Assembly (NCBI RefSeq): GCF_009914755.1
Contig: NC_060930.1
Direction: 5' to 3' (one strand)
From: the human T2T-CHM13v2.0 reference genome, Homo sapiens
Length of the DNA: 64,000 nucleotides
Below the pieces are notes generated by a model. It worked only from the letters and a program-made list of their open reading frames with translations, had not been told where the DNA came from and did not search any database. Below are positions 1-14,592 of this stretch, piece by piece. Each line of letters begins with the position of its first letter. Positions within the stretch are counted from its first letter, which is position 1. Both the position numbers and the translations under genes were made by a program.

Positions 1-2315
<2,315 letters not shown>

Positions 2316-2378
2316 TATGATGTTAGCTGGTTATTTTGCTCGTTAGTTGATGCAGTTTCTTCCTAGTCTCGATGGTCT

Positions 2379-3395
2379 TTACATTTTGGCATGATTTTGC
2401 AGCTGCTGGTACCGGTTGTTCCTTTCCATATTTAGCACTTCCTTCAGAAGCTCTTTTAGGGCATGCCCTGTGGTGACAAAATCTCTCAGCATTTGCTTGT
2501 CTGTAAAGGATTTTATTTCTCCTTCACTTATGAAGCTTAGTTTGGCTGGATATGAAATTCTGGGTTGAAAATTCTTTTCTTTAAGAATGTTGAATATTGG
2601 CCTCCACTCTCTTCTGGCTTGTAGGGTTTCTGCCGAGAGATCCGCTGTTAGTCTGATGGGCTTCCCTTTGAGGGTAACCCGACCTTTCTCTCTGGCTGCC
2701 CTTAACATTTTTTCCTTCATTTCAACTTTGGTGAATCTGACAATTATGTGTCTTGGAGTTGCTCTTCTCTAGGAATATCTTTGTGGCGTTCTCTGTATTT
2801 CCTGAATCTGAACGTTGGCCTGCCTTGCTAGATTGGGGAAGTTCTCCTGGATAATATCCTGCAGCATGTTTTCCAACTTGGTTCCATTCTCCCCATCACT
2901 TTCAGGTACACAAATCAGACGTAGATTTGGTCTTTTCACATAGTCCCATATTTCTTGGAGGCTTTGCTCATTTCTTTTTATTCTTTTTTCTCTGAACTTC
3001 CCTTCTAGCTTCATTTCATTCATTTCATCTTCCATTGCTGATACCCTTTCTTCCAGTTGATCGCATTGGCTCCTGAGGCTTCTGCATTCTTCACGTAGTT
3101 CTCAAGCCTTGGTTTTCAACTCCATCAGCTCCTTTAAGCATTTCTCTGTATTGGTTATTCTAGTTATACATTCTTCTAAATTTTTTTTAAAGTTTTCAAC
3201 TTCTTTGCCTTTGGTTTGAATGTCCTCCCGTAGCTCAGAGTAATTTGATCGTCTGAAGCCTTCTTCTCTCAGCTCGTCAATGTCATTCTCCATCCAGCTT
3301 TGTTCCGTTAATGGTGAGGAACTGTGTTCCTTTGGAGGAGGAGAGGTGCTCTGCTTTTTAGAGTTTCCAGTTTTTCTGTTCTGTTTTTTCCCCAT
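2379..3395 (-). pseudogene. L1 ORF1p, full length (1017 nt) with two in-frame nonsense codons
   Basis: Track ORFs 3102-3491, 2769-3035 and 2379-2720 are all in one frame. Stops are at 3102-3104 (TGA, expected CGA) and 2769-2771 (TAG). Confidence 0.93.
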
Positions 3396-4300
3396 CTTTG
3401 TGGTTTTATCTACTTTTGGTCTTTGATGATGGTGATGTACAGATGGGTTTTTGGTGTGGATGTCCTTTCTGTTTGTTAGTTTTCCTTCCAACAGAGAGGA
3501 CCCTCAGCTGCAGGTCTGTTGGAATACCCTGCCGTGTGAGGTGTCGGTGTGCCCCTGCTGGGGGGTGCCTCCCAGTTAGGCTGCTCGGTGGTCAGGGGTC
3601 AGGGACCCACTTGAGGAGGCAGTCTGCCTGTTCTCAGATCTCCAGCTGCGTGCTGGGAGAACCACTGCTCTCTTCAAAGCTGTCAGACAGGGACATTTAA
3701 GTCTGCAGAAGTTACTGCTGTCTTTTTGTTTGTCTGTTCCCTGCCCCCAGAGGTGGAGCCTACAGAGGCAGGCAGGCCTCCTTGAGCTGTGGTGGGCTCC
3801 ACCAGTTTGAGCTTCCCCGCTGCTTTGTTTACCTAATCAATCCTGGGCAATGGCGGGCGCCCCTCCCCCAGCCTCGCTGCCGCCTTGCAGTTTGATCTCA
3901 GACTGCTGTGCTAGCAGTCAGCAAGACTCCGTGGGCGTAGGACCCTCCGAGCCAGGTGCGGGACATAATCTTGTGGTGCGCTGTTTTTTAAGCCCGTAGG
4001 AAAAGCGCAGTATTCGGGTGGGAGTGACCTGATTTTCCAGGCGCTGTCCGTCACCCCTTTCTTTGACTGGGAAAGGGAACTCCCTGACCCCTTGTGCTTC
4101 CCAAGTGAGGCAATGCGTCGCCCTGCTTCGGCTCGCACACGGTGCACACACCCACTGACCTGTGCCCACTGTCTGGCACTCCCTAGTGAGATGAACCCGG
4201 TACCTCAGATGGAAATGCAGAAATCACCTGTCTTCTGTGTCGCTCACGCTGGGAGCTGTAGACTGGAGCTGTTCCTATTCGGCCATCTTGGCTCCTCCCC
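3396..4300 (-). promoter_or_regulatory. L1 5'UTR internal sense promoter and antisense promoter, YY1 site intact
   Basis: CAAGATGGC YY1 motif at 4282-4290 (reverse strand); many CpGs retained; canonical L1PA 5'UTR sequence. Confidence 0.85.
3850..3999 (+). pseudogene. L1 ORF0 (antisense ORF), truncated to 49 aa by a premature TAG
   Basis: ATG GCG GGC GCC CCT CCC CCA... translates to MAGAPPPASLPPCSLISDCCASSQQDSVGVGPSEPGAGHNLVVRCFLSP*, matching the N-terminus of the known 71-aa ORF0. Confidence 0.85.
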
Positions 4301-5110
4301 AATTCACCCTTTTAAAGTGTATGATTTAATGGCTTTTAGTATATTCTCAGAGTTGCACATTCATCATCACAATTTTAGAAGATTTTCATTACTCCAAAAG
4401 GAACTTCATGCTCCCACACCTCTTAACTGTCATCTCCTTTAGGTCAAATCCTGACCCTAGGCAACTGCTATCTATTTTCTGTCTCTATAGACTTGCCTGT
4501 TCTGAACATTTCATATAAATGGGATCATACAATATGGTCATTTGTAACTGGCCACTTTCCTTTAGCATAATGTGTCCAAGGTTCATCCATGTGATAGCAT
4601 GTATCAGTACTTCATTTCATTTTATTGCCCAATAATATTCCATGGCATGAATATACCACATTTTTTTTTTTTTTACCTATCCATCAGTTGATGGACATTT
4701 GAGTTTTTTACACTTTTTGGTTATTATAAATAATGCTGTTATGAATATTTATGAACCATTTTTTGGTGTATGCTTCCATTTCTCTTGGGTTTAAGTACCC
4801 AGGAATGGAATATACCTAGAAATGGAATGGCATGGTAACTGAATATTTAACCATCTAAGGAACTTACAGATTGGTTTCCAAAGTGGCTCTACCATTTTAC
4901 ATTCTCACCAGCAATCTATGAGGGTTTCAGTTTCTCCATATTCTCATCAACACTTGTTAGTCTCTGTCTTTTTTTAATTATAGCCATTCTAATGGGGATA
5001 AACTGCTATCTTGTCATGGTTTTTGTTTTCATTTCCCTGATGGCTAATGATGTTGAACAGTTTTCAAGTGCATATTGGCCATTTTAATATCTTATTTGGA
5101 GAAATGTCTA
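4301..5110 (-). mobile_element. Old L1 (L1MB-type) 3' end fragment; the young L1 sits in its 3' terminus
   Basis: AATTCACCCTTTTAAAGTGT..., CCATCAGTTGATGGACATTT and TTTCCCTGATGGCTAATGATGTTGA are typical reverse L1MB 3'UTR/ORF2-end motifs. Confidence 0.8.
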
Positions 5111-5199
5111 AAATGTTATAATTTTAACTCTATATTCATGATGCATCCCCATCAACTTCCATTTTAGGAAATAAGTTTGAGCTGGTGACTTGAGAATTA

Positions 5200-5525
5200 A
5201 GGAAAAATCCAGTTACAAAAAGCTACATGTTATGTAATTTCATTGATATAAAATGTTTGGAATAGCAAATCCATGGAGACAGAGATTATTGGTTACTTAG
5301 GGCTTTGGAAGGGGAGGAATGGAGAATTACCACTAATGGTTGAAAGGTTTCCTTTTGGAGTGATGAAAATGTTCTAAAATTAAATCGTGGTAATGGTTAT
5401 ACAACTCTGTAGATATACTAAAAATGATTTAATTGCATACTTTAAATAGGTGAATTTTATTATATATAAATTATATCTCAATACAGCTGTTTCAAAAAGA
5501 GTAAAAAGAAACAAAAACAAAAACA
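5200..5525 (+). mobile_element. Old L1 (L1MB-type) 3' end fragment with A-rich tail
   Basis: GTTTCCTTTTGGAGTGATGAAAATGTTCTAAAATT...AATTATATCTCAATACAGCTGTT followed by an A-rich tail. Confidence 0.8.
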
Positions 5526-6219
5526 AGAAGTAGGCAGCTAGTTCTTTTGGGTATCTATCTGTTGAACTCACAATATTATACTTTCTTCTTGATAGTTTGC
5601 ATAGCTCCTAAGCGATGCTTAGTTAGAATAGAGAACAAATAATATGACATGCACATTTGTTAACCTCTTTATTCCAAAACCAGGTGTCATTTAGTTCTAT
5701 AACAGAGTATTTATCTTTTCTTTCTATTTCAGAGTAATAATTCAGATAAAGTTAACATTTCCAATAAAAATTTGGGTTTTTCATTTTCGATGTATTCTAT
5801 TTTAAGCTAATAACAATGAAAACTTCAAAGTATAGTAAATTAATGCCTTCCTCATTTGGCACTTTTTCAAATAACTTTTACTGAGAGGCTGCCATATGAC
5901 AAACATTGTGATAGACAATTTTACATGTTGTTTTATTAACTCCACTTTATAGTTGAAAAGACTGGGGTTTCTGTGTTTATTTCATTTAATAGCATAATTA
6001 GAATAGCATACTTTTGACTGTGCTGATAGGCAGAGCAATTCTGCATTAATGTCATTTCCCTTGGAATATCTTCAGAATATAATAGTTATAGGCATTCTGG
6101 TTCAAAGGAGAGTAGAAGATAAGAAGGGAAAAAAGTCACTGGTTCTAAGCAATTGTGAAATCCAGCCAAGCATGTTTCCATAAGTAATGCTTAGATTCCT
6201 TTATTAGAAAAATAATCTG

Positions 6220-6538
6220 GGCTAGGCGCAGTGGTTCATGCTCATAATGCCAGCACTTTCAGAGGCTGAGGTGGGTGGATTACCTGAGGTCAGGAGTTCG
6301 AGACCAGCCTGACCAACATGGTGAAACCCTGTCTGTACTAAAAATACAAAAAAATTTAGCTGGGTGTGGTGGCAGGTGCCTATAATCCCAGCTACTTGGG
6401 AGCTACTTGGGAGGCTGAGGCAAGAGAATTGCTTGAACCTGTGAGGCGGAAGTCGTGGTGAGGTGAGCTGAGATTGTGCCACTGCACTCCAGCCTGGGTA
6501 ACAGAGCGAGACTCTGTCTAAAAAAAGAAAAAGAAAAA
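6220..6538 (+). mobile_element. AluS, full length
   Basis: Dimeric Alu with perfect TSD AGAAAAATAATCTG (6206-6219 / 6539-6552) and an internal 11-bp tandem duplication AGCTACTTGGG (6390-6411). Confidence 0.96.
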
Positions 6539-6879
6539 AGAAAAATAATCTGCCTTCTTGTTAAAGTATTTGATAAAACAAAATCCACATGGATTCCGAA
6601 AGTGACTAAATAGCCAAATATATATATATATTTGTTTTTTTTTTGAGAATGGGAAAAAATTGGAAATCAATTCTTAGTTTGAAAATTATCCAGAAAACTT
6701 GACCTGGAATTTTTTTTTAGTTAAAAGGTTTTCTCATCAAGGTAGATTATTTTAATCCACATTTGAAATAAATGAGAATTTTTAACTAGAGTCTAATTCT
6801 TTAGACTTCTCTATCCAGTGAAATTATATTCCAAAAATTAAGAAAAATTTCTGCCAAAAGATGCCAAGAGAATTCATTG

Positions 6880-7780
6880 CTTTCAGAACTGCATTAAAAT
6901 AAGAGAGTTCTTCAGGCAGAAGGGAAGTGATATCAGGTAAAATTTAGACCCTTCTTATCTTTACCAATCTTTTATCATTTCTGGCACTCTTCATTCTTTT
7001 GACTAAAAGAATTAAAAAACATCTTTAAAAGATACTTCATTGCTTAAGGCCAAAATAATTAGAATTGATTGTGGGGTTTATAACATGTGTAGAAGTAAAA
7101 TGCATGACAATAATAGTATAAAGGATAGGAGAGGGAAATGGAGGTGTGCTGTTGTAAACTTTTTTATAGCTTATGTAATGACATATCACTTGAAGTTAGC
7201 ATGAGATACGTTAAAGATGTATGTTGTAAACCCTGAGCAATCACTAAAAAGGTAAAACAAAGAGGTATGGCAAATAAGACAATAGTGAAGATAAAATGGG
7301 ATACAAAAATACTTAATCCAAAACTAGCCAGGAGAAGAGGAACAAGGTGCAAAGAACAGATGGAGCATTGAGCACTATTAGAAAGATGATAGATTTTCAA
7401 CCATACCATATTAATAATTATATGTTGATAAATACATAAATAGGCAATTATATTACACATAAAATGCAAATTGTTAGACTAAATAAAAAGCAAGACCCAT
7501 CTTTGTCCTGTTTATAAGAGATCCACTTTGAATATAAAGTCACAGGTGAGTTAAAGTAAAAGAATGGAAAACACAATATTAAGCAAACACTAGTCAAAAG
7601 TAGCCAGAAGATGCTATATTAGTGTCAAACTGGACTTTAGAACAAAGAATATTACCAGGAATAAAGATATTACATATTAATAATGGGATCAATCTACTAT
7701 GAGGACATAAACAGTTCTAAATGTTTATACAACTAACATCTCAGCTTCAAAATACTTGAGGAAAAACTGACACAACTGAA
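6880..7780 (+). mobile_element. Ancient L1M (L1MC/ME-type) fragment: ORF1 end, inter-ORF region and degenerate endonuclease start
   Basis: GTTCTTCAGGCAGAAGG; GTGGGGTTTATAACATGTGTAGAAGTAAAATGCATGACAA; AAGCAAGACCCATC...TTTATAAGAGATCCAC (degenerate QDP..CLQETH region). Confidence 0.7.
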
Positions 7781-8099
7781 TCCTTTTCTTTGTTAGAAAC
7801 TTTTAAGCTCTTCAATAGCAATTCTATTAACTATTAGAATTTTTAAGATCTAAATCCCATGGATGAGATTTTTAGATGTTTGATACAGCAGCATCCTACT
7901 ACCAATTACCAAAATCTGTATTAGTTCTACAGGTCTTTCCTAGATAAACCAATCTCTATTTTTGCCTTCAGCTCAGATGGATAAGAAGGAATTAATGTAT
8001 GACATCTAAACAATTAATATAAACACTGTTTTTGTGAAGACAAAATTCTAACTCCAACATGGGCACCTTAAGCATATTAATTAAAATGTTTACTATATT

Positions 8100-8230
8100 G
8101 CACATAAGGAAACTGGGCCTTAATGAGATTGTGTACCTGCTCAAGGTCACACAGGAAAGGGCAGAGCTGAGATTTGAACTCAGATCTGTTTGTTGTTTAT
8201 TGTTGAGTCTGTGATCTTCCTACCATATCA
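8100..8230 (-). mobile_element. MIR fragment
   Basis: GGAAACTGGGCC...TCAAGGTCACACAG...GATTTGAACTCAG is the reverse MIR core. Confidence 0.7.
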
Positions 8231-9379
8231 CATTCTTTCTCTCAAAAACACATAATTACTTGAAATAAAATAAAAAAACTTGAACTGGAATTTGGGTGTG
8301 AATGTAAATGACAGTCATTCTCTGAATCATCAAAGAGATTGGAAAAGAAGGGAATGCCATTTGTTGGTTAACTGCTTTTGTTCTAGAGAACTACTAAACA
8401 TAATTGCAGTTAGTTTAGGTAGAGACTCCCTTCTATAGGAGCCACACATACTAGTATAGTCTAAAGGCTGATAAGAAACCATGCAAAATTTGCAGTAATG
8501 TATACGCTGTAATTTCACAAATCTATATACAGCACTGCTACATTAATATTTGTTGAATGACTGAATGGATAGATATATTTCTGCAGTCAAATTATAATAT
8601 CATGAGGTTTTAGTGTTATTAATTCACCAGTTTAAAAAGCATGTGGACCAAAGTAGTGGGATTTATAGAAACTGTTATTTTTCTGAAATTGATAAAATCT
8701 TCCTATTGCAATATTTCCATGATCTTATTAATTAACCAAGTCTTGCAAACTTGTTTTAGCAAAGGAAGTAGAACTGAATCAAGATACAGAGAAAGCGAAC
8801 TGGTTGAAGAAATAAAAGGTGGAATTAAAAAATATCTTCTTCTGATTGCTACCACAATTTACAAACTATTTTGGAGATTCAAAATATCACAATCTATGAC
8901 AATTGTCTTCATATTCACAGCTTGGACATGTTCACTACCTACATCTCATGTAACAGACAGTCAGCAGAATCAATGTGTTGCTAAGGAAACACATCTAGCA
9001 CAAACATAAAAGACATAACAGGTTCAAAGGGCTCCAGGGAATTATTATAAAGCCATATAACCTGCCAAATAATTGGAACAATAAAAGTGGAAAATTAATT
9101 TCAAGCAAGACTAAACATTTCAACTGACTGCTGACAGGCTTTTAAAGAGTATATACATAGACAAGGAAAGAGGTGAGGACTTTTAAAGATCCAAGTGGCT
9201 AATTAATGGAGACTGAAGTCAAATGCAAGCATTGGGAGAATAGCAGAAAAAATTGGTTTCTGGTTTCACAAAAGAGGATTTACCTTAATCAAATTTATTA
9301 GTAAGAAGGATGAAGGTTCAGGGAACAGGCTCCTTGAAGCAGTTAAAAAATGGACCAATATTCTAAGCGTTGCAATTTG

Positions 9380-9720
9380 ATGTGTTTCTTGGTCCAAGTA
9401 AAATATAACTAGGGTGTTAAAGGAAGTAGAGACAGAAATAGGAGACCTTTTTATGAATAGTTTTACAAGTGCACTTAGTTCTGGAGAGACCCCCTAGGAT
9501 TAGCCAATGTGATGGAATTATTTTTAAAAGGTCTGGGAATGTACCAAGTGACTTGCATGCCAGTTGACATCACTCATAAGAAAAGTGTTAAAAGGTGTTT
9601 TGAGGGTCAAATGAAGAAACACTTGGAAGCTTACTTGCTTGATGAAGGAATGCCAACTGATTTTTTCAGATGGGCGAGAAATGCTTCATTAATTTGTCAA
9701 AATGTCAGAAAGGTATTATT
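9380..9720 (+). mobile_element. Ancient CR1/L3-clade LINE, degenerate RT fragment
   Basis: Translation across frameshifts gives GPSKI / TRVLKEVETEIGDLFMNSFTSALSSGETP*D / ANVMELFLKG / LTS / KHLE / KCFINL. This follows the CR1 RT motif order GPDGIHPRVLKE..GEVPEDW..ANV.PIFKKG..LTS..HLE..SCLTNL. Confidence 0.7.
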
Positions 9721-10029
9721 TCTGCGGAAGAAAAGAGGTGTTGTAACATATCCTTAGCATTTCTATAGTGGGCAATTTACTGAAATGCTCCACTGGGGTT
9801 AAAACAATCTCCTCTCTTAAAAGTGGCATAATGAGAATATTGGTAGATTGAATTGAAACTTGCTAAATTGTAAGAAACAGATGTTATTTGGCAATTGAAT
9901 CATTGCTAGTTCAGAAAATCACCCTCCAGAGGACTTAATTTTGGCAGCCATGTGGATAGCTTCCTCTTTTTAGACAAAATCTATGTAAAATCCCCCCTTA
10001 GGCACTGTGTGCATAAAAAGTCATATAGT

Positions 10030-10580
10030 ACATGAGGTGTGACAAAATTATTTTTTAATAAAACTTATTTTGAAATAAAACTTAAAAACTTACACACTAA
10101 GGAAAAGTTAGTTCCATCAAAGTCATCAGCTTGGCAGGCTTCATACTCATTTCAGGGATGCCGCCTTTGGACAACTCATTCTTGGAATTTCTCTTGTGGA
10201 ATTGTCCCACAAGACCATGCAAACTTTGAAAATTGTATTTCACAGTAAAAATTTTTCATGCTTTGAGCAAAAATATTGTATTTGGGAAAGGTCCAAAGAA
10301 ATCAGAGGCTCATCTGGTAAAGAAAGTGAGTGATTAAACCGTTATTAATTTTTTTTAAAAATGAGGTGTAACTATTAAGTAAAGAAAGTGATATTATTTT
10401 GTGGCTTGTAACCTGATTTTCAAAGTAACTCCTAAAACATTTTAAACATGTTTTGATCAGTCAGTTATGCTTGTAATGGTACTAAAGATTTTCAAGGTGA
10501 CTGCTTTGAAGGACAGTTTTAGAATTGGTAGCTGGTATGCTGATTAGAAAGCCAGTCTCATGGTGTTTTAACTTATAAAG
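10030..10580. mobile_element. Mariner-type non-autonomous DNA transposon (MARNA-like)
   Basis: ATGAGGTGTGAC / ATGAGGTGTAACTATTAAGT termini-like motifs and CAAGGTGACTGCTTTGAAGGACA, which resembles the mariner transposase end. Confidence 0.55.
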
Positions 10581-10699
10581 AGAGAGAAGTAGAAATATAT
10601 TGATGTCTAGTAAAAATTCCTTGGTGATTTTAAGAAATGAGAGCAATATATTTTAACGTTTTTATAGAAAAGGGAAAAGTCAAATTTCTGTTGTGGTTT

Positions 10700-10940
10700 G
10701 CTGTGGTGAGAAGAGCATGGTACCTACCGGAAGTCCAGAAGTGAAGCTATGTGAATTTGGGTAAGTCACTTTGACATCTTTTAGTATCTGCTTTTGTCTT
10801 AAAAATTGGATTATTTTTACTTTTGGACAATGACCGAAATATTATTGTCCCATTTGAAAAACATATGCACACACACCCGTTAAAGGGTGATTGTGAAGTT
10901 CAAATGTGATACTGTATGAAAATTCATTTTGAGAATGCTA
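10700..10940 (+). mobile_element. MIR/MIR3 fragment
   Basis: GTGGTGAGAAGAGCATGG...TGTGAATTTGGGTAAGTCACTT...GATTGTGAAGTTCAAATG. Confidence 0.55.
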
Positions 10941-12999
10941 ATACACAGTATATATAATGTATTGTAATTTCAGAGAAAATATTGAGCAAAAATTAGAAGC
11001 GTATAATGATATCAGACTTTGTTCTGCATCCTGACTTCCTTCCATCATTAAGCTGTTGCTTTCATTTTTGCATAAACAGAGGCATGGACTTTGTCACAGC
11101 TTTTTCATACATAAAAGAAAGAGAGATGATACTTGCCTTTGAGTCATCACATTTAAATATAATGGAGTATTAGTAGAAACACTTGGAAATAAAGGCCTTG
11201 TATAAGTGTAAATTTACATTGCTAAGTGAAATGACTTGGCAAGTGCCTGGCACACAGTCAGTTTACAATACATTCTATTTATTATCGATATTCTTAGGCT
11301 TCATGGACAATGGTTTGTCATTGAATGTCATACTTTTGAATTTACATATCCAGAACTCAGATTTGAGCAGATTTTCTAGTAAAAGTACTGATATTTTATT
11401 TTTTTAATGCCTTAATTGTAGTCCAAGAGATCCTAGAGATAGGAAAAATAAAGTTCCCTTTAGCAGTAGAAAAATTCACCACGTCATGGAAAATTTGACT
11501 TGAATAACAAGAATTACTGTGGACACAAAAGATTGAGAACAAAAGACCTTAGTTTAGCTTCAGCTTCAGATTTCTAAATTACATTTTAAAATTGGGCATA
11601 TAATAATAGAAACATCATGCAAAATGCTTGGAACTTGAGATATTTTGCATTTGGCATGAAAAAAATCATTGAGACCTCTGAAATAATGAAATTTTGTCAT
11701 TATTCTCTCTTTTCTACTAGTGGTCCAGGCTGATATGTGTTGTAAATGATCCCTTTATGCCCAGGAAAAGATATTGAATAGTCTTGATGTAGTGAGGAAA
11801 ACAGCAATAATACAACTTCTTAGACAAGAAGTCATCCCTTTCTCCAGTGTTCTCCACTGTGCATACAATAATTCTCTGAGCTTGATTTTGCCATGTGAAA
11901 ATTCAAGCTCTGAGATACAGTGAGAAAGAAAGTGAGAGAATGTTTGGGACACAGGGTGATACCTCAGTACAGCTATTATACTTTTGTTTAACAAACTCTG
12001 AAATCTATCTTGGCTTCAGCACATCAAGGAGCTAGATATACTATATCACATGTTAGGAGTTCTTCCTCTACCTCATGAAATGTTTCAAAAATGAGTCCAT
12101 GTTTTCTGAATCTAGTGGTAAAGAATGGGAATGATTGTTTTATGGGCTGAGAGCTCATACCTCATTTCACAGACGTTTCATGAAGTGCCCAGCTAGTTAT
12201 CATAAGACCCAAACTCTACTTCTTGCTCCAGGTAGAGATATTGTGAATGGACATATATAAGAGAAATAGCTTTATCTAGGTATAGAATTTGGGGAGGGAG
12301 GAGATATTTACTATATGCAACAAAATTAGGGAAATTTTTTTAGGTAGAATTCAATCCATCAAGATACCAGTGTGAAACCATAAACAGCGGTCTTTGAATT
12401 TGGGATTAATGAAGTGATTTATTTAATATGCCTAAATCTTAAAAAAGACTAATACCTATGTTAGTTTCATTATAAATTAATTTAAACACACAATTAAAAA
12501 AATAGATACTTCTTCATGGACTAATGATATTGCTAGGTACTGGAGATAAGACTAGAGGGGCCAAGAAGGAGGCTTTTCTGATCAGTTGGGACTCTCATTT
12601 TTTGTGTTATCACTGTTCTTCCTTTTTTTTTTTCCTGGCAATCCCATAGAAATCTTGGAATTGTCTCTTTTCAGTTTCAGGTCTTTATTCTAATTTTTTA
12701 ATGCACTTGATCAAATTATAGTCTTTATCAATTAATTTATACAATCACTTTGCTTCACCCTTATATACTCTGCAGAAATCCTGACTGCTCAACCTGATAA
12801 ATCATTTTAGTGTGTTTAATTGACCCGGTAGCTCTCTGAACAATTTTTTATCTATGTATCTATGTCAACATATTTTCTGCTGTCTACTTTCTCTGGTTCA
12901 CTATGTGAAGGTAGGGTTTATAATTCATTTTCTTTAGCGGGAAAGTGATTTGTGTTTGAGATCCATGCAGAAAACAGATGCTCAATAAATAAAAAAGAC

Positions 13000-13410
13000 T
13001 GCTTTGACTACAGGTAACAGAAAACTAAGGATGTCTTAAACCATTAGGATGTTCAAGTTGATGAATAGGAAGCCCAGAAGTAGGCTGTATGGGAATACTT
13101 AATTAGCTTGGTGATGCCAGCGAAGAATCCAGACATTTTCAGCCTCTGTCAGGATGCTGGCCTTGTCCTTTGGCTCAAGTGCAGTCACAGAGGACTGCTG
13201 CAGCTCCTGACATTAGTCCCAGTGTGATGGCATCTAGAGAAAAAAGAAAGAGCAGGGGTTAAATGGGATCACTCAACGTGTATATCTCTTTTTTTAAGGC
13301 TGGAATATTTTCCAGAAGCAATCAGATATTTTCTACATAGTAATTTCCAGAATCATGTCTCATGGCCCCCTGAGCTACAAAAATGGCTGGAAAAAAATTT
13401 CTATTATTCC
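13000..13410. mobile_element. Old MaLR LTR (MLT1J/K-like)
   Basis: GCTTTGACTACAGGTAACAGAAAAC...GGACTGCTGCAGCTCC...CATGGCCCCCTGAGCTACAAAAATGGCTGG. Confidence 0.5.
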
Positions 13411-13477
13411 TAGACTCCCTGAACTAAGAGCAGGTTTAGGCTATTGAATGGGTAACTAAGGATTCATATCAATTACA

Positions 13478-13625
13478 GGCCAGGCACAGTGGCTGATGCC
13501 TGTAATCCTAGCACTTTGTGAAGCCAAGGTGGGCGAATCACTTGAGGCCAGGATTTTGAGACCAGCCTGGCCAACATGGCAAAAACCCATCTCTCAAAGA
13601 AATAAAAAAGTTAAAAAAAAGAATT
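13478..13625 (+). mobile_element. Free left Alu monomer (FLAM-like) with its own A-tail and TSD
   Basis: GGCCAGGCACAGTGG...CCCATCTC plus A-rich tail; TSD core ATATCAATTACA at 13466-13477 and 13626-13637. Confidence 0.85.
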
Positions 13626-14099
13626 ATATCAATTACAATAATTGTGTTTTAATTTCCTGTTATACATAAATGTCCCCCTTCCCGCCACAGCAGGACACTT
13701 CTAATATCTTTTAATATCACAAGAGCTACATATACCCTTGCCTCTGTTCTCTATTCATTTCTAAACTGTGTCATAAATAACAATAACAATTCTTAATTTC
13801 ACAGTTATGTGGATAAACATAAATTTTCATATACTAGAAATGGGTGTTTTGCTGTATCTCACATATACATAATGTGTGCTGAATAAATATTTTAAAAAAT
13901 TAAGAGCAGAAACTGATCCAACACTAGAATTTCTCTGAATATCACTGGATATATGTTCATTGCTACAATTAAAGCAAAAATTAAAGTCTACACTTGATTA
14001 ATGTAGAAACAAAAATGTTCTATTAATAAAAATAGCTATTGCAGTAATATATGTAAAATATATATAAAATAATATATATATAAAAGTAATAATATAATA

Positions 14100-14400
14100 A
14101 ATAATGAATTAATTCAGGAACTGTTCAAGGAAATGAAGACACAGGAATGAACAAAACAGGTAAGATTTCATAGACCTTGTATTCTGTAGGTGAAACAGAC
14201 AATAAACAGATAAGTAAATACACAGTATGTCAGGTGATGTTAGGTGCTTGTGAAGAAAAATAGCAGAGAATGCTGCTTTGGGTGGGTGGGTGTGTGAGGA
14301 CTGTTGCTATTTTATACAAGGTGATCATAAAAGCGCTCATAGGTGAGATTCCTCACAGATAAATATTCTGAAGGAAGTGAGGGAACACGGGAACAAAGGG
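14100..14400 (-). mobile_element. L2 3' region fragment
   Basis: GAAGACACAGGAATGAACAAAACAG...AGACAATAAACAGATAAG...GGTGCTTGTGAAGAAAAATA. Confidence 0.6.
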
Positions 14401-14592
14401 AAGTGACAAAGACAGAAGTCAAGAGACAACTTGGCCTTTTTAACACACAGGAATACATAGTAACTTCAAAAACTTTGCTGAATGGAGTGTTGCATAAATG
14501 AATGAACATATATAAATAATACTTAGGTATGCTTGCCTATTGGTCTGTTGTTAAACACCAATTCTTCATTATAAGGGCACTGGTGAAATGAA

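Noticed and set aside
8641-9009. 122-aa ORF in unique sequence (also 48957-49328 and 39428-39739)
   Set aside because: No recognisable domain, exon structure or coding-like composition; length within chance expectation.
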